Made by a program: the position numbers and the translations under genes. The notes under the pieces are model-generated. The model saw only the letters and a list, made by a program, of their open reading frames with translations. It was not told where the DNA came from and searched no databases. This document shows positions 15,926 to 25,465 of a DNA stretch of 64,000 nucleotides, in pieces (position 1 is the first letter of the stretch; each line of letters begins with the position of its first letter). The DNA comes from an uncultured Myxococcaceae bacterium (lineage in GTDB: Bacteria; Myxococcota_A; UBA9160), in assembly GCA_964505355.1 (NCBI GenBank), contig CAZDHU010000035.1, positions 2,002-66,001 on the forward strand, given 5' to 3'.

Positions 15926-17235
15926 TTCATCGCGTTCCGTCGAAGTCGCGGATGCGAGACGACGAGATGTGCGATCACCGATTGAAACGCTTCGGTGTGC
16001 GGCGTCACCGTTTCGGGATTCACCGTCGGAACGACGACACAGGCGTCCGCGAGTTTGGCCGTGGTTCCACCGTCACGGCCGACGATCCCCAGCACACGGG
16101 CACCGGCCGACCTCGCGAACTCGATCGCTTCCACGAGGTTGACGCTGATCCTCCGCTCGCGATCGCCGCCACCGACGGACAGCACGAGCACGGCGTCGCG
16201 TGACGAAATCCGGCTGGTTTCGAGCCAGCGCGAAAAGACTCCCTCCCAGCCCTCGTCGTTGACGCGCGCGGTCAGCTCCGAAACGTTGTCGGTCGGAGCG
16301 TAACTTTCGATCCCGGCGATCTTGCGAAAATCGTTGACGGCATGACTCGCGTTGGCCGCACTGCCTCCGACGCCGATCACGAACAGACGTCCTCCGGACG
16401 CACGCAGATCGACCAGACCATCGATCACGCGCTCGATCGCGAACACGTCGATCGCGTCGACGATCCGATGGACTTCGCTCAGGTACCGTCGCGTGTAGTC
16501 TCGTTCCGGTTCGGTCATGGCGCCCCCTCGGGTTCTCAATCGAGCATCGGTCTCGGCGAGCCCCTGCTCGGATCCGATCTCGAAGAATCGTTCGCGGGCT
16601 TCGAAACCGGCGAGCTGTCCCGCGGACGAGAGTCGTTCGTAGACGTCCGACAGGCCGAACGGCTCGCTGGCCGGCCAGTCGTCGAGTATCGAGGAGCGCA
16701 GCACGCCGAGCCCGAAGTCGATCCACTGCATCTCGGAACCCGGAGATCGCTTGGAGTAGCGAACCCGGGCGCCGTCGAAATCCGCGTTGCTTCGATCCCA
16801 GAGACCGTGGTTGTGGAGAACGGTCATCAGCGCCGGCTTTTGCGAAGCGTAGAACGCTTCGAGGACCGGCTCGACGTCGATTTCCAGCCAGGAGTCTCCA
16901 TAGACGACGACGAAGGGATCGCCGAGCAGGGGCCGTGCTCTGCGCAGGGCGCCGCCGGTGCCGAGCAGCACGTCGCCGTCGCGCGAGTACTCGACGTGCA
17001 GCCCGAACGCCGATCCGTCCCTCACGAACCGTTCGATCGCGTCGCCCAGATGACCGATACAGAGCACGACGTCACGAAACCCCTGGCGTGCGGCGAGACG
17101 AAGCTGGTGGGCGACGAAGGGCTCGCCCGCCACGGGAAGCAGCGCCTTCGGAACGTGGCGTGTCCGTTCGCCGTGCCTGCTCGCGAGTCCGCCGGCGAGG
17201 ATCGCGAGCGCGGGCAACGAAGACGCAGCGCTCAC
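15907..17235 (-). CDS. hddC-gmhA: Fusion protein: heptose-1-phosphate nucleotidyl(guanylyl)transferase (HddC-like) plus SIS-domain sedoheptulose-7-phosphate isomerase (GmhA-like)
   Basis: 442 aa from GTG 17233-17235 (GTGA overlap). N-terminal AILAGGLASR...KALLPV NTP-transferase domain. C-terminal SIS domain with FVIGVGGSAANASHAVNDF. There is no stop between the domains. An internal ATG at 16516-18 with a GAGGGGG SD could also give a stand-alone GmhA. Confidence 0.85.
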   Translation of the reverse strand: MSAASSLPALAILAGGLASRHGERTRHVPKALLPVAGEPFVAHQLRLAARQGFRDVVLCIGHLGDAIERFVRDGSAFGLHVEYSRDGDVLLGTGGALRRARPLLGDPFVVVYGDSWLEIDVEPVLEAFYASQKPALMTVLHNHGLWDRSNADFDGARVRYSKRSPGSEMQWIDFGLGVLRSSILDDWPASEPFGLSDVYERLSSAGQLAGFEARERFFEIGSEQGLAETDARLRTRGGAMTEPERDYTRRYLSEVHRIVDAIDVFAIERVIDGLVDLRASGGRLFVIGVGGSAANASHAVNDFRKIAGIESYAPTDNVSELTARVNDEGWEGVFSRWLETSRISSRDAVLVLSVGGGDRERRISVNLVEAIEFARSAGARVLGIVGRDGGTTAKLADACVVVPTVNPETVTPHTEAFQSVIAHLVVSHPRLRRNAMKWESVR

Positions 17236-18212
17236 TGGACGACCGTGGTCGTGCCTTCGAAGTCGAAGTGGAATCGTACTTCCGGCAACCCGAGGGCCGC
17301 CATCGCACGCCGCAGATGCAGCTTGTCTTCGGTGTAGAACATCAGAAACCCGCCGCCGCCGGCGCCGATCAACTTTCCACCGACGGCACCGTTGTCGCGC
17401 GCGACCTCGTACCAGTGGTCGATCTGCGGATTCGACATCCCGCCCGAACGGCGCTTCTTGTGTTCCCAGTGTTCGTGCATCAGCGTGCCGAACTCGTGCA
17501 GTGCTCCCGCTTCGAGCGCGTCTCGACTGCGCAGACCGAGGTCCTTCACGTAGTGGAGGTTGTCGATCATTTCGGGATCGAGCATCCGGGTCCGATCGTC
17601 CTGTTCCTTCAGGATCTCCGACGCCGATCGCGAGTACCCGGTGAAGAAAAGGACGAGCCCGTCCTCGAGATTGGCGCGAACCTCGGTCGACACCCGCAGA
17701 GGCCAGGCTTCGACGCGATCATCGGTGCCGAACTGAAAGCACGTGATGCCGCCGTACGCGGCGATGTACTGATCCTGTTTGCCGATCGGCTCGCGAAGTC
17801 GGTCGAGTTCGATGAAGCAGGCCTGCTCGGCCAGCTCTCTCGGATGAACGAGATTTCTACGCAACGTGTGCAGGGCCTTCAAGACGCCGGTCGTGAAGCT
17901 GCCCGACGAGCCGAGGCCGGTGCCGGACGGGATGTCGGCCATGCTCGTCAGCTCGAGCGACTCGCCCCCGACGCCGACCAGTTCGAACGCCTCGCGCAGA
18001 ATCGGATGCTCGAGATCGCGCGCATGCGCGACGCGCTCGAGCTTCGAATACTTGACGATCAGTTCGGGCACGAAGGTCTGATGCACCGTGATGTAGACGT
18101 ACTTGTCGATCGCGGCCGCCACCAGAAATCCGTCGTGGTCGCGGTAGTAGGACGGAAGATCGGTCCCTCCGCCGCCGAGCGTGATGCGCAGCGGACTGCG
18201 GACGATGATCAT
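17232..18212 (-). CDS. hddA: GHMP-family D-glycero-alpha-D-manno-heptose 7-phosphate kinase
   Basis: 326 aa. RSPLRITLGGGGTD N-terminus, GHMP motif II PSGTGLGSSGSF, and C-terminal KLIGAGGGGF. ATGA overlap at 18209-18212. Confidence 0.85.
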   Translation of the reverse strand: MIIVRSPLRITLGGGGTDLPSYYRDHDGFLVAAAIDKYVYITVHQTFVPELIVKYSKLERVAHARDLEHPILREAFELVGVGGESLELTSMADIPSGTGLGSSGSFTTGVLKALHTLRRNLVHPRELAEQACFIELDRLREPIGKQDQYIAAYGGITCFQFGTDDRVEAWPLRVSTEVRANLEDGLVLFFTGYSRSASEILKEQDDRTRMLDPEMIDNLHYVKDLGLRSRDALEAGALHEFGTLMHEHWEHKKRRSGGMSNPQIDHWYEVARDNGAVGGKLIGAGGGGFLMFYTEDKLHLRRAMAALGLPEVRFHFDFEGTTTVVQ

Positions 18213-19204
18213 GTTTCCTCCCCGTGTCCTCGTGCCGGCGTCCGAAACGCGCGCGCCGCATCGAGAATGCGCAGCATCCGGAGGGCATCCACGACGTCAC
18301 CCGACGGTCTGGCTCCGGTCTCGATGGCGGCGACGAAATCTTCGAACTCGAGCGCCCACGAATCGTCCGGAAACGGCCATTCCCAGCGCGTCGTCGCCGG
18401 CGGCCCCATCGCCTTCGACATCGCGTAGAGCGTCGCACTCTCGACGCCGTAGCTTCCACCCAGCCCCTCGATGGCGATCTTGCCCTCACGGCCGTGAATC
18501 TCGAACGAAAATCCGTTCTTCCACTCCGTCCAGCTCGCGTGAAGCCACGCCATCTCACCGTGTGCACCGCGAAGGGCGAAGTAGGCGTTGTCCTCGACGT
18601 CGATCGGCCAGAAGTAGGTGGGAAGCGCCGCGTACTCCAGCACGAGATCGCCGAGAAACCAGCGGGCGAGATCGATCAGATGCGAACCCTGATCGATCGC
18701 TTCGCCCCCGCCCGAGCGTTCGGGATCACAGCGCCATTCGCTCTCGTAACCGGGACGTCCTCCATGTCCGTAGCGACCGCGAACCGAATGGAGCAGGCCG
18801 ATGGTGCCCGCGTCGACGAGTTCGCGCGCGCGCCGCAGTCCGGGGTGAAAGCGGTGGTTGAAGCCGACCTTGACCACCCGGCCGGCACGCGTCGCGGCAT
18901 CGGCCAGCGGCTCGACCTCCGCCGCACTGCGCCCCGCGGGCTTCTCGACCAGCACGTGACGCCGCGCCCGCAGCGCAGCGAGTGCGATCTCCGCGAGCCG
19001 GTCGTGCGTGGTCGCCACGACGACGGCGTCGACGTCGCTCGCGATCACGTCGCGCCAGTCCGTCATCGCGCGCGCACCGGTCTCGCCGGCCAGAGCCCGG
19101 GCGCGATCCGGATCGAGGTCGGCGACCGCGACGATGCAGTGGTCGCGCGCGGCGATCGCACGCTTTCGACCGATCAGGCCGCAGCCCACGATGCCGATTT
19201 TCAT
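18209..19204 (-). CDS. Gfo/Idh/MocA family NAD(P)-dependent oxidoreductase
   Basis: 331 aa from ATG 19202-19204 (ATGA overlap). MKIGIVGCGLIGRKR Rossmann motif and the EKP motif (VLVEKPAG). Confidence 0.85.
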   Translation of the reverse strand: MKIGIVGCGLIGRKRAIAARDHCIVAVADLDPDRARALAGETGARAMTDWRDVIASDVDAVVVATTHDRLAEIALAALRARRHVLVEKPAGRSAAEVEPLADAATRAGRVVKVGFNHRFHPGLRRARELVDAGTIGLLHSVRGRYGHGGRPGYESEWRCDPERSGGGEAIDQGSHLIDLARWFLGDLVLEYAALPTYFWPIDVEDNAYFALRGAHGEMAWLHASWTEWKNGFSFEIHGREGKIAIEGLGGSYGVESATLYAMSKAMGPPATTRWEWPFPDDSWALEFEDFVAAIETGARPSGDVVDALRMLRILDAARAFRTPARGHGEET

Positions 19205-20073
19205 CGAGGTTCTCCGAAATCGAGGCCGCGATCTTTCGGAACGATTCGGCGCAGCGTGTAGACGTCGCTCTTCGCGAGCGCGTCTCGATGCGTCGCGAGG
19301 TCGCGCCAGGGATCCCAGAGCGCACTCAGCAGCCGTCCCGAGATGCCGTCGCTCGCGGGCGATGCGAGCCAGACGCAGAGATCGGCGCCGGCATCGAGTG
19401 GCGTGCCGCCCTCTTCCTTCACCCGCAGCATGCGATCGTGAAACTCGGCTCCGACGCGTTCGGCCCCCGCCGCGATCACGTCGTCGAGCAGACGCGTCGC
19501 GAGCGCTCCCGGCGCGATGGCGTTGACGTCGATGCGATCGCCGCGCACCTCCTCGGCGAACGTTTCGGTGAAACGGACGACGGCGGCTTTGGCCGCCGCG
19601 TAGGCGCTGATCCGTGGCAGAGGTTGCGTGGCGCCTCCCCCGGACAGATTGATGATCTTTCCGCCACCGCGACGCTTCAGATGCGGCAACACGGCACGGC
19701 AGGGATACACCGTCCCGTAGAGATCGATTTCGATCGCACGCACCCATGCGTCCCACGACACGTCCTCGAGCGGGCCGAGCGGGCCATACACGCCCGCGTT
19801 GTTGACCAGCACGTCGAGATGCCCGAACGCATCGACCGTCGTCGCGACCAGCGCATCCACCTCGCCGGGATGCGAAACGTCGCAACACACGGCGAGCACA
19901 CGTCGTCCTTCGCTCGCGACCTCGCGCAGCCGGCGCTCGGCCGCACGGAGCGCGCCCTCTTCGCGCGCGCAAATCGACACCGAGGCCCCTTCTTCGAGCA
20001 GGCGTTCGGCCACGCGCAGGCCGAGCCCCTGGCTCGCACCGGTCACGATCGCGCAACGACCGGCGAGCTTCAC
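19201..20073 (-). CDS. Short-chain dehydrogenase/reductase (SDR)
   Basis: 290 aa from GTG 20071-20073 (GTGA overlap). TGASQGLG, NNAG, YAAAKAA (YxxxK). Confidence 0.85.
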   Translation of the reverse strand: MKLAGRCAIVTGASQGLGLRVAERLLEEGASVSICAREEGALRAAERRLREVASEGRRVLAVCCDVSHPGEVDALVATTVDAFGHLDVLVNNAGVYGPLGPLEDVSWDAWVRAIEIDLYGTVYPCRAVLPHLKRRGGGKIINLSGGGATQPLPRISAYAAAKAAVVRFTETFAEEVRGDRIDVNAIAPGALATRLLDDVIAAGAERVGAEFHDRMLRVKEEGGTPLDAGADLCVWLASPASDGISGRLLSALWDPWRDLATHRDALAKSDVYTLRRIVPKDRGLDFGEPR

Positions 20074-21359
20074 GACGGCCGCCCGACGACGAGATGTTCG
20101 ATTCCCGGCGCATCGCGCAACGCGGACAGAAATCCGCCCGCATCGATCACCAGCGCCCGCTTCATCCGCGAGCGAAACGAATCGGCGTCGAGGTCACGAA
20201 ACTCCGGCCACTCCGTCGCCAGCACCGCGGCGTCGGCATCGACGAGCGCGTCATCCGCGCAGGCAGAGACGGCGATCGTCCGGCCGTCGATCTCGGGTAG
20301 CCGGCGGACGACCGGATCGAATGCACGAACGTCCGCGGCCTCGGCCAGCAGCCCACGACAGAGTTCGATCGCGACGGAACGCCGCAACGCATCGGTGCCG
20401 GGCTTGTAGGCGAGGCCGAGAACGGCGATTCGTCGGCCTGCGAGCGAGCCGAGCACTGCGCGCAGCCGGCGCAGCGCCCAGCCCCGATGCGCGTCATTGC
20501 TCGGCAAGACCGCGGAGAGGAGAGGGATCCGAACCTCGTGACGTGCCGCGAGCCGTTCCAGCGTCGAGACGTCGCGCGCGAGCGTGCCGCCGGCAAACGC
20601 CGCGCCGGGTCGAATGCACGCGCGCGAACCGACGCGCGGTTCGCTGCGCAGCGCCTGTTCCACCTCGGCCGCATCCGCCCCCACACGCTCGCAGAGCGAC
20701 GCGATCTCGTTGGCAAAGGTGACGCTGATCGCGAGCCACGCGTTGAGCGCATGTTTGGTCATCTCCGCCGACTCGATGGAAACGGTCTGAATGCGCGCGC
20801 AGAAACGCCCGAGCAGTTCGTGCAGCACGCGACGCGCGCGCTCGTCGCCGACGCCGAGCACGATTCGCTCCGGCCGACGAAATGCCTCGATCGCGCCTCC
20901 GAGGCGCAGATTCTCCGGCGAACAGGCGAACGAGACGCGGCGACCTCCCGCCCGCTCTTCGAACGCGCGCGCGAGCGCACGCGTCGTACCGACCGGAAGC
21001 TGTGCGGAGACGAGAACGATCGCTCCGTCGGCGAGATGAGGAAACGTCGCTTCGACGCGCTTCGTCACGAACGCGACGTCGGACCGATCCTCGTCGTCGA
21101 CCGGCACATCGAAGGTCACCCAGACCACGTCGGCGTCGCGGCACACCGCCGGATCACTCGAAAATCGAAGTCGCCCCGAGTCGAGACCCGCGCGAACGAG
21201 ATCGGAGAGCCCCGGCTCGTGCAGCGGTGGAATCCCCGCTGCGAGCCGTTCGACGACGTTCGCATCGTCGTCGAGACCGACCACGTCGATCCCTTCGGCC
21301 GCGAGGCACGCGGCCGTGACCGACCCGAGATGCCAGAGGCCGTGCACGCAGACTTTCAC
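20070..21359 (-). CDS. UDP-glucose/GDP-mannose dehydrogenase-family protein lacking the catalytic Cys
   Basis: 429 aa from GTG 21357-21359 (GTGA overlap). N-terminal Rossmann region HGLWHLGSVTAACLA, central and C-terminal UDPG_MGDP_dh-like regions (AYKPGTDALRRS). The position normally reading GGxCxxKD reads GGTLARD (Thr codon at 20583-20585). Confidence 0.8.
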   Translation of the reverse strand: MKVCVHGLWHLGSVTAACLAAEGIDVVGLDDDANVVERLAAGIPPLHEPGLSDLVRAGLDSGRLRFSSDPAVCRDADVVWVTFDVPVDDEDRSDVAFVTKRVEATFPHLADGAIVLVSAQLPVGTTRALARAFEERAGGRRVSFACSPENLRLGGAIEAFRRPERIVLGVGDERARRVLHELLGRFCARIQTVSIESAEMTKHALNAWLAISVTFANEIASLCERVGADAAEVEQALRSEPRVGSRACIRPGAAFAGGTLARDVSTLERLAARHEVRIPLLSAVLPSNDAHRGWALRRLRAVLGSLAGRRIAVLGLAYKPGTDALRRSVAIELCRGLLAEAADVRAFDPVVRRLPEIDGRTIAVSACADDALVDADAAVLATEWPEFRDLDADSFRSRMKRALVIDAGGFLSALRDAPGIEHLVVGRPS

Positions 21360-22321
21360 CGTCGTCGCTCCAGCGCCCGGTCGTTCGCTCGCAACCAGTC
21401 GAGCGTTCGGATCACGCCCTCGCGGATGCTCAGGCGCGGCTTCCAGCCGAGTGCGCGAATCCTCGCGGCGTCGAGCCAGATGAACGGGCTGTCGCCGACC
21501 CATCCCCGCTCGCCACCGGCGTACGAGATCCGTGGCGACAGGCCGAGGTGCGCCGTGATCCATCCGATCGAATCGTTCACCGTGCAGTACTCGTCGGCAC
21601 CGAGGTTGAAGACGTTCACTCTCTCCCGCGCCCGCTCGACCCCGAGCAGCATGCCGTCGATGCAATCCTGAACCCACATGTACGACTTGCGCTGCAGGCC
21701 GTTGCCCAGCACGTGCAATCGGGCGGGGTCTTCGAGCAGCTTCCGATGAAAATCGAACACGTGGCCGTGCGTATACCGTTCGCCGAGCACCGACACGAAT
21801 CGAAAGATCCATCCCGAAAAGCCGAACCCTTCGCAGTAGGCGGCGATCAACCCCTCGCAGGCGAGTTTCGACGCACCGTAGAGCGAGGTCTGGAGCGGAA
21901 ACGGCGCGTCTTCCGGCGTCGGGAACACCGCCGGCTCGCCGTAGATGGAACCGGTCGACGAAAATGCGATGCGCCGAACGCCGGTGGTCCGCATCGCCTC
22001 CAGCACGCGAAAGGTGGCGATCGTGTTCTGTTCGAGGTCGCGTCCGGGATGCTCGGTGCCGAACCGCACGTCGGCATTCGCAGCCAGATGCCAGACGTGC
22101 TCGCAACCCGCGATCGCGCGTTCGAGGCCCGCGGAATCGAGCAGATCGCCCTCGACGAACTCGAGTCCTCCGGTCTTGCGCGCGTCGTCGAGAAACCAGG
22201 AACACCCCGTCGAGAGATCGTCGTAGACCACCACCTCGATCCCTCGCGTGAGCAGCCGATCGACGAGGTGGCTGCCGATGAACCCGGCGCCGCCCGTGAC
22301 GAGATGGCGCGGTCGGCTCAC
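21356..22321 (-). CDS. NAD-dependent epimerase/dehydratase (extended SDR)
   Basis: 321 aa from GTG 22319-22321 (GTGA overlap). VTGGAGFIGSHL and YGASKLA. Confidence 0.85.
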   Translation of the reverse strand: MSRPRHLVTGGAGFIGSHLVDRLLTRGIEVVVYDDLSTGCSWFLDDARKTGGLEFVEGDLLDSAGLERAIAGCEHVWHLAANADVRFGTEHPGRDLEQNTIATFRVLEAMRTTGVRRIAFSSTGSIYGEPAVFPTPEDAPFPLQTSLYGASKLACEGLIAAYCEGFGFSGWIFRFVSVLGERYTHGHVFDFHRKLLEDPARLHVLGNGLQRKSYMWVQDCIDGMLLGVERARERVNVFNLGADEYCTVNDSIGWITAHLGLSPRISYAGGERGWVGDSPFIWLDAARIRALGWKPRLSIREGVIRTLDWLRANDRALERRR

Positions 22322-23064
22322 GACGGCGAGCTCGCGGCGGATCGAGGAGTCAGTTCGAGTCCGATCACGAGATTGAGCGTGGTCACTGGAATGCCCAGCG
22401 GAAAAAACCGTCGATGCACGACCACGAAATCGCGCTCCAGCTCTTCGATGATTTCGGCCGGACGGTTCACGTGCTCGGACGCGACCAGCCAGTCGTAGGA
22501 CTGCCGGTAGCGCGCCTCGAACACGCGCCGCGCGGACACGTTGCGCGCGAGGGAATAGGCGATCCCTCCCTCGCACGGAATGACGGCGCAGAGCTGGCCG
22601 CCGGGCCGTACGACCCGACGAATCTCGCGCAGCGCAGCCGGCAGATTCGGCAGATGTTCGAGCACGTGGATCGCGAGCACGCGATCGAAGAAGGCGTCGT
22701 CGAACGGCAACCGCTGTTGACAATCGCCCGTTTCGACATGGCAGGCCGGGAAGCGTCGTTCGAGTCGTGCCGCCATCTCCGAACGAAGCTCCACCGCGAC
22801 GTAGTCCTGCGCCGAGAGATCTTCGAACGCGAGATGCGCGCCGAGCCCGGCACCGATCTCGAGCGTGCGAAGACGCCGCGCTGCACGCGGCAGCCGCGCG
22901 ATCGGATACCCGTGATTGAATCGTTCGATGGCCGAGTAACGGCGAGGCAACAGCTCGTGCCAGTGCGCCATGAAATCGTCGCGGATCCGTTCTTGCTCGG
23001 ACGTGAGCGGCGGCAGCCGCTTCGGCCAGCGCGACGAGCCCGCTTCGCACGGCGGCGTCGTCAC
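22318..23064 (-). CDS. Class I SAM-dependent methyltransferase
   Basis: 248 aa from GTG 23062-23064 (GTGA overlap). Motif I LEIGAGLGAH. Also VLEHLPN and the post-motif VVRPGG. Confidence 0.8.
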   Translation of the reverse strand: MTTPPCEAGSSRWPKRLPPLTSEQERIRDDFMAHWHELLPRRYSAIERFNHGYPIARLPRAARRLRTLEIGAGLGAHLAFEDLSAQDYVAVELRSEMAARLERRFPACHVETGDCQQRLPFDDAFFDRVLAIHVLEHLPNLPAALREIRRVVRPGGQLCAVIPCEGGIAYSLARNVSARRVFEARYRQSYDWLVASEHVNRPAEIIEELERDFVVVHRRFFPLGIPVTTLNLVIGLELTPRSAASSPS

Positions 23065-23705
23065 GCTCGGCCCTCGCCTGCATCCGGTCGAGAGAGGTCG
23101 GAGCGTCGCAGCAGGAACGAGGCAAATCGATGAATCGAGAAGTCGAACGTACGGTGCCGCTCTTCGCGAAGCGGACCGAACAGGCCCCGGTAGCCCGATA
23201 CATCACGGATGAATCGCCCGCGATCGAAGGTGAGCAGCAGAGTGCTCAGGTGCCGCTCGCGCGTGAACAGCGGCTCGGCAACCAGCACACATCCGTCGTC
23301 GCGCAAGACCCGGTGTGCGTCGTGCAGCACGTCACGGGCGAGCTCGTCGTCCATGTGATGCAGCACACCGACGAAGAGCACGCGATCGAAGTGACGGTCG
23401 GGGAACTCCATGCGTCGCGCGTCCATCGCGACGAATCGACCCTTCGGATGGCGCCGGCGCGCGATCTCGACGTAGCCGGCGTCCGCGTCGACGCCGACGT
23501 ATTCGTTTCGTTCCATGTCGACGACGTGCCCGGCGCAGGTTCCGGTCGAACAACCGACGTCGAGGATCCGCAGCCCGTCAGCCGCGAGCTCGCCGGAAAA
23601 CTCCTGCCGAACGCGCCCGTAATCGTTCGACACCCGTTGCTGCAGTTCGAACAGCGCGGGACGCCGCAACACGGCGTCGACCGCACGCACGACGAGCGAC
23701 ATCAC
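23061..23705 (-). CDS. Class I SAM-dependent methyltransferase
   Basis: ~213 aa. The start is GTG 23705 or the adjacent ATG 23702, and both overlap the upstream stop. Motif I ILDVGCSTGTC, and VGVLHHM. Confidence 0.8.
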   Translation of the reverse strand: MMSLVVRAVDAVLRRPALFELQQRVSNDYGRVRQEFSGELAADGLRILDVGCSTGTCAGHVVDMERNEYVGVDADAGYVEIARRRHPKGRFVAMDARRMEFPDRHFDRVLFVGVLHHMDDELARDVLHDAHRVLRDDGCVLVAEPLFTRERHLSTLLLTFDRGRFIRDVSGYRGLFGPLREERHRTFDFSIHRFASFLLRRSDLSRPDAGEGRA

Positions 23706-24712
23706 GGAATCTCGCGTCGCTCGGGCAACTCGACGTTCACCGAGCGCTCGACGATGAATCCCGGCCGGCGTTTCACCTCGTCGTAGATGCGTCCCACGTA
23801 CTCGCCGAGGATTCCGATCGAAACCAGTTGCACCCCGCCGAGAAAGAGCGCGAGTACCGTGAGCGTGGGAAGCCCGAGCGGATAACGAACCCCGGCCGCC
23901 CAGGTGGCGACGATGAAGAGGGCGACCAGCAACGAAAGCCCCGCGATCGCGATCCCCGAGATCAGCGTGGCCGTCAGCAAGAAGTTCGAAAACCCGACCA
24001 TTCCATTGAGCGCGATTTTCAGCGAACCGAGGTAGCGGTTGTAGTTTCCGCTCCCGTGGGCACGCTCGTCGCGATCGTACTCGATGAACGTCTGCGGGTG
24101 GCCGACGAAGGCGACCAGGCCGCGCAGGAAACCGTGGCCTTCCGGCAGGCGCTTGATCTCTTCGACCACGCGCCGCGAAAGGATCCGGAAATCTCCCGTG
24201 TCGCGCGGAATCTCGACCTCGGAAATCGCGTTGATGAAGCGATAGCCGAGCGACGAGACGGCCTTCTTGATCAGCGTCTCTCCCTTGCGAGATCGCCGCT
24301 TCGCATACACGACGTCGTAGCCGGTCCGAAGCCGCGCGTGCATCTCGGCGATCAGCTCCGGCGGATCTTGCAGATCGACGTCGATCACGACCACCGCGTC
24401 GCCACGCGCCGCATGCAGGCCGGCGATCACTGCGCTCGGCTGGCCGAAGCGACGACTCATCACCAGCATGCCGAGTTGCGGATTTCGTTCGATCTCCGCC
24501 TCGAGGATCTCTTCCGTCCCGTCGGAACAGGGATCGGCGCTGAAGATCACTTCGTACGAACCGAGCTTGTCCAGTACGGGTACGAGGCGTCGCAGAAACG
24601 GCCGGATGTTGTCCGCTTCGCCGTAGACGGGGACGACGACGGACACCGCGGGCCGACGTCGGTCCGGCGTCTCTCCCCGCTCAGACAATCCGGTAGCCCG
24701 CCGCACGCGCAT
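23702..24712 (-). CDS. GT2 polyprenyl-phosphate glycosyltransferase (GtrB/CsbB/ArnC-like)
   Basis: 336 aa. VVVPVYGE, DxD motif DVDLQDPP, and two C-terminal TM helices typical of Und-P-sugar synthases. The ATG at 24712 overlaps the transaldolase 3' end by 32 nt. Confidence 0.85.
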   Translation of the reverse strand: MRVRRATGLSERGETPDRRRPAVSVVVPVYGEADNIRPFLRRLVPVLDKLGSYEVIFSADPCSDGTEEILEAEIERNPQLGMLVMSRRFGQPSAVIAGLHAARGDAVVVIDVDLQDPPELIAEMHARLRTGYDVVYAKRRSRKGETLIKKAVSSLGYRFINAISEVEIPRDTGDFRILSRRVVEEIKRLPEGHGFLRGLVAFVGHPQTFIEYDRDERAHGSGNYNRYLGSLKIALNGMVGFSNFLLTATLISGIAIAGLSLLVALFIVATWAAGVRYPLGLPTLTVLALFLGGVQLVSIGILGEYVGRIYDEVKRRPGFIVERSVNVELPERREIP

Positions 24713-25406
24713 CGTCGTGGAACATCTTCACGGTTTCGAGCGAGTATTCGGCGAGATCCTTGCCGACGAGCGACAGCTTCTCGAGCACCGCCGGCGTCGC
24801 CGTGATGATGTCGGTCCCCGACTCTTCGGCGTGGAAGACGTTCAGCAGCTCGCGCGGGCTCGCCCAGAGCAGCTCCGCCTTTGGCCGATCCGCGAGCAAT
24901 TCTTTCGCACGGCGCATCACCGGAACCGGATCGATTCCGGTGTCGGCGATGCGACCGGCGAACACCGAGACGATGGCGCGCTCGTCGGGCGCGAGCGCGA
25001 CGGCGACTTCTTCGACCTGTTGCAGGGTGAGAATCGCGGTCACGTTGAGCGAAAGGCCTTCGCCCGAAAGTTGCCGAATCAGCGGCGCGGTCGACTGACC
25101 GGCCGTCGTCGTGATCGGAATCTTCACGTACGTGTCGCCGCCCCAGCCGGCGATCGCGTGCGCTTCTTTCGCCATCGTCGCGAGATCGTCCGTGAAGACC
25201 TCGAACGAAATCGGGAGGTCGGGAATCGCTTCGATGGCAGCGCGAGCGAACCGCTCGTAGTCGGTGACGCCCGCCTTGCGCATCAACGTCGGATTCGTGG
25301 TGAAACCACTCGCGATTCGTCCGGCGTAGCCGCGTCGCATCTCGTCGATGTCTGCGCCATCCTGGAACAGTTTGATCCGAAGCCCGGGCACCCCTCGTGT
25401 CGTCAT
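24681..25406 (-). CDS. Transaldolase / fructose-6-phosphate-aldolase family protein
   Basis: 241 aa from ATG 25404-25406. TTNPTL signature and the Schiff-base Lys context YVKIP. Confidence 0.85.
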   Translation of the reverse strand: MTTRGVPGLRIKLFQDGADIDEMRRGYAGRIASGFTTNPTLMRKAGVTDYERFARAAIEAIPDLPISFEVFTDDLATMAKEAHAIAGWGGDTYVKIPITTTAGQSTAPLIRQLSGEGLSLNVTAILTLQQVEEVAVALAPDERAIVSVFAGRIADTGIDPVPVMRRAKELLADRPKAELLWASPRELLNVFHAEESGTDIITATPAVLEKLSLVGKDLAEYSLETVKMFHDDARAAGYRIV

Positions 25407-25465
25407 GCAGATCTCCCGCCTTCGTGGCTTCGCGCCGTCGCGACCCGAAGGCCGACGCGCCGGGC

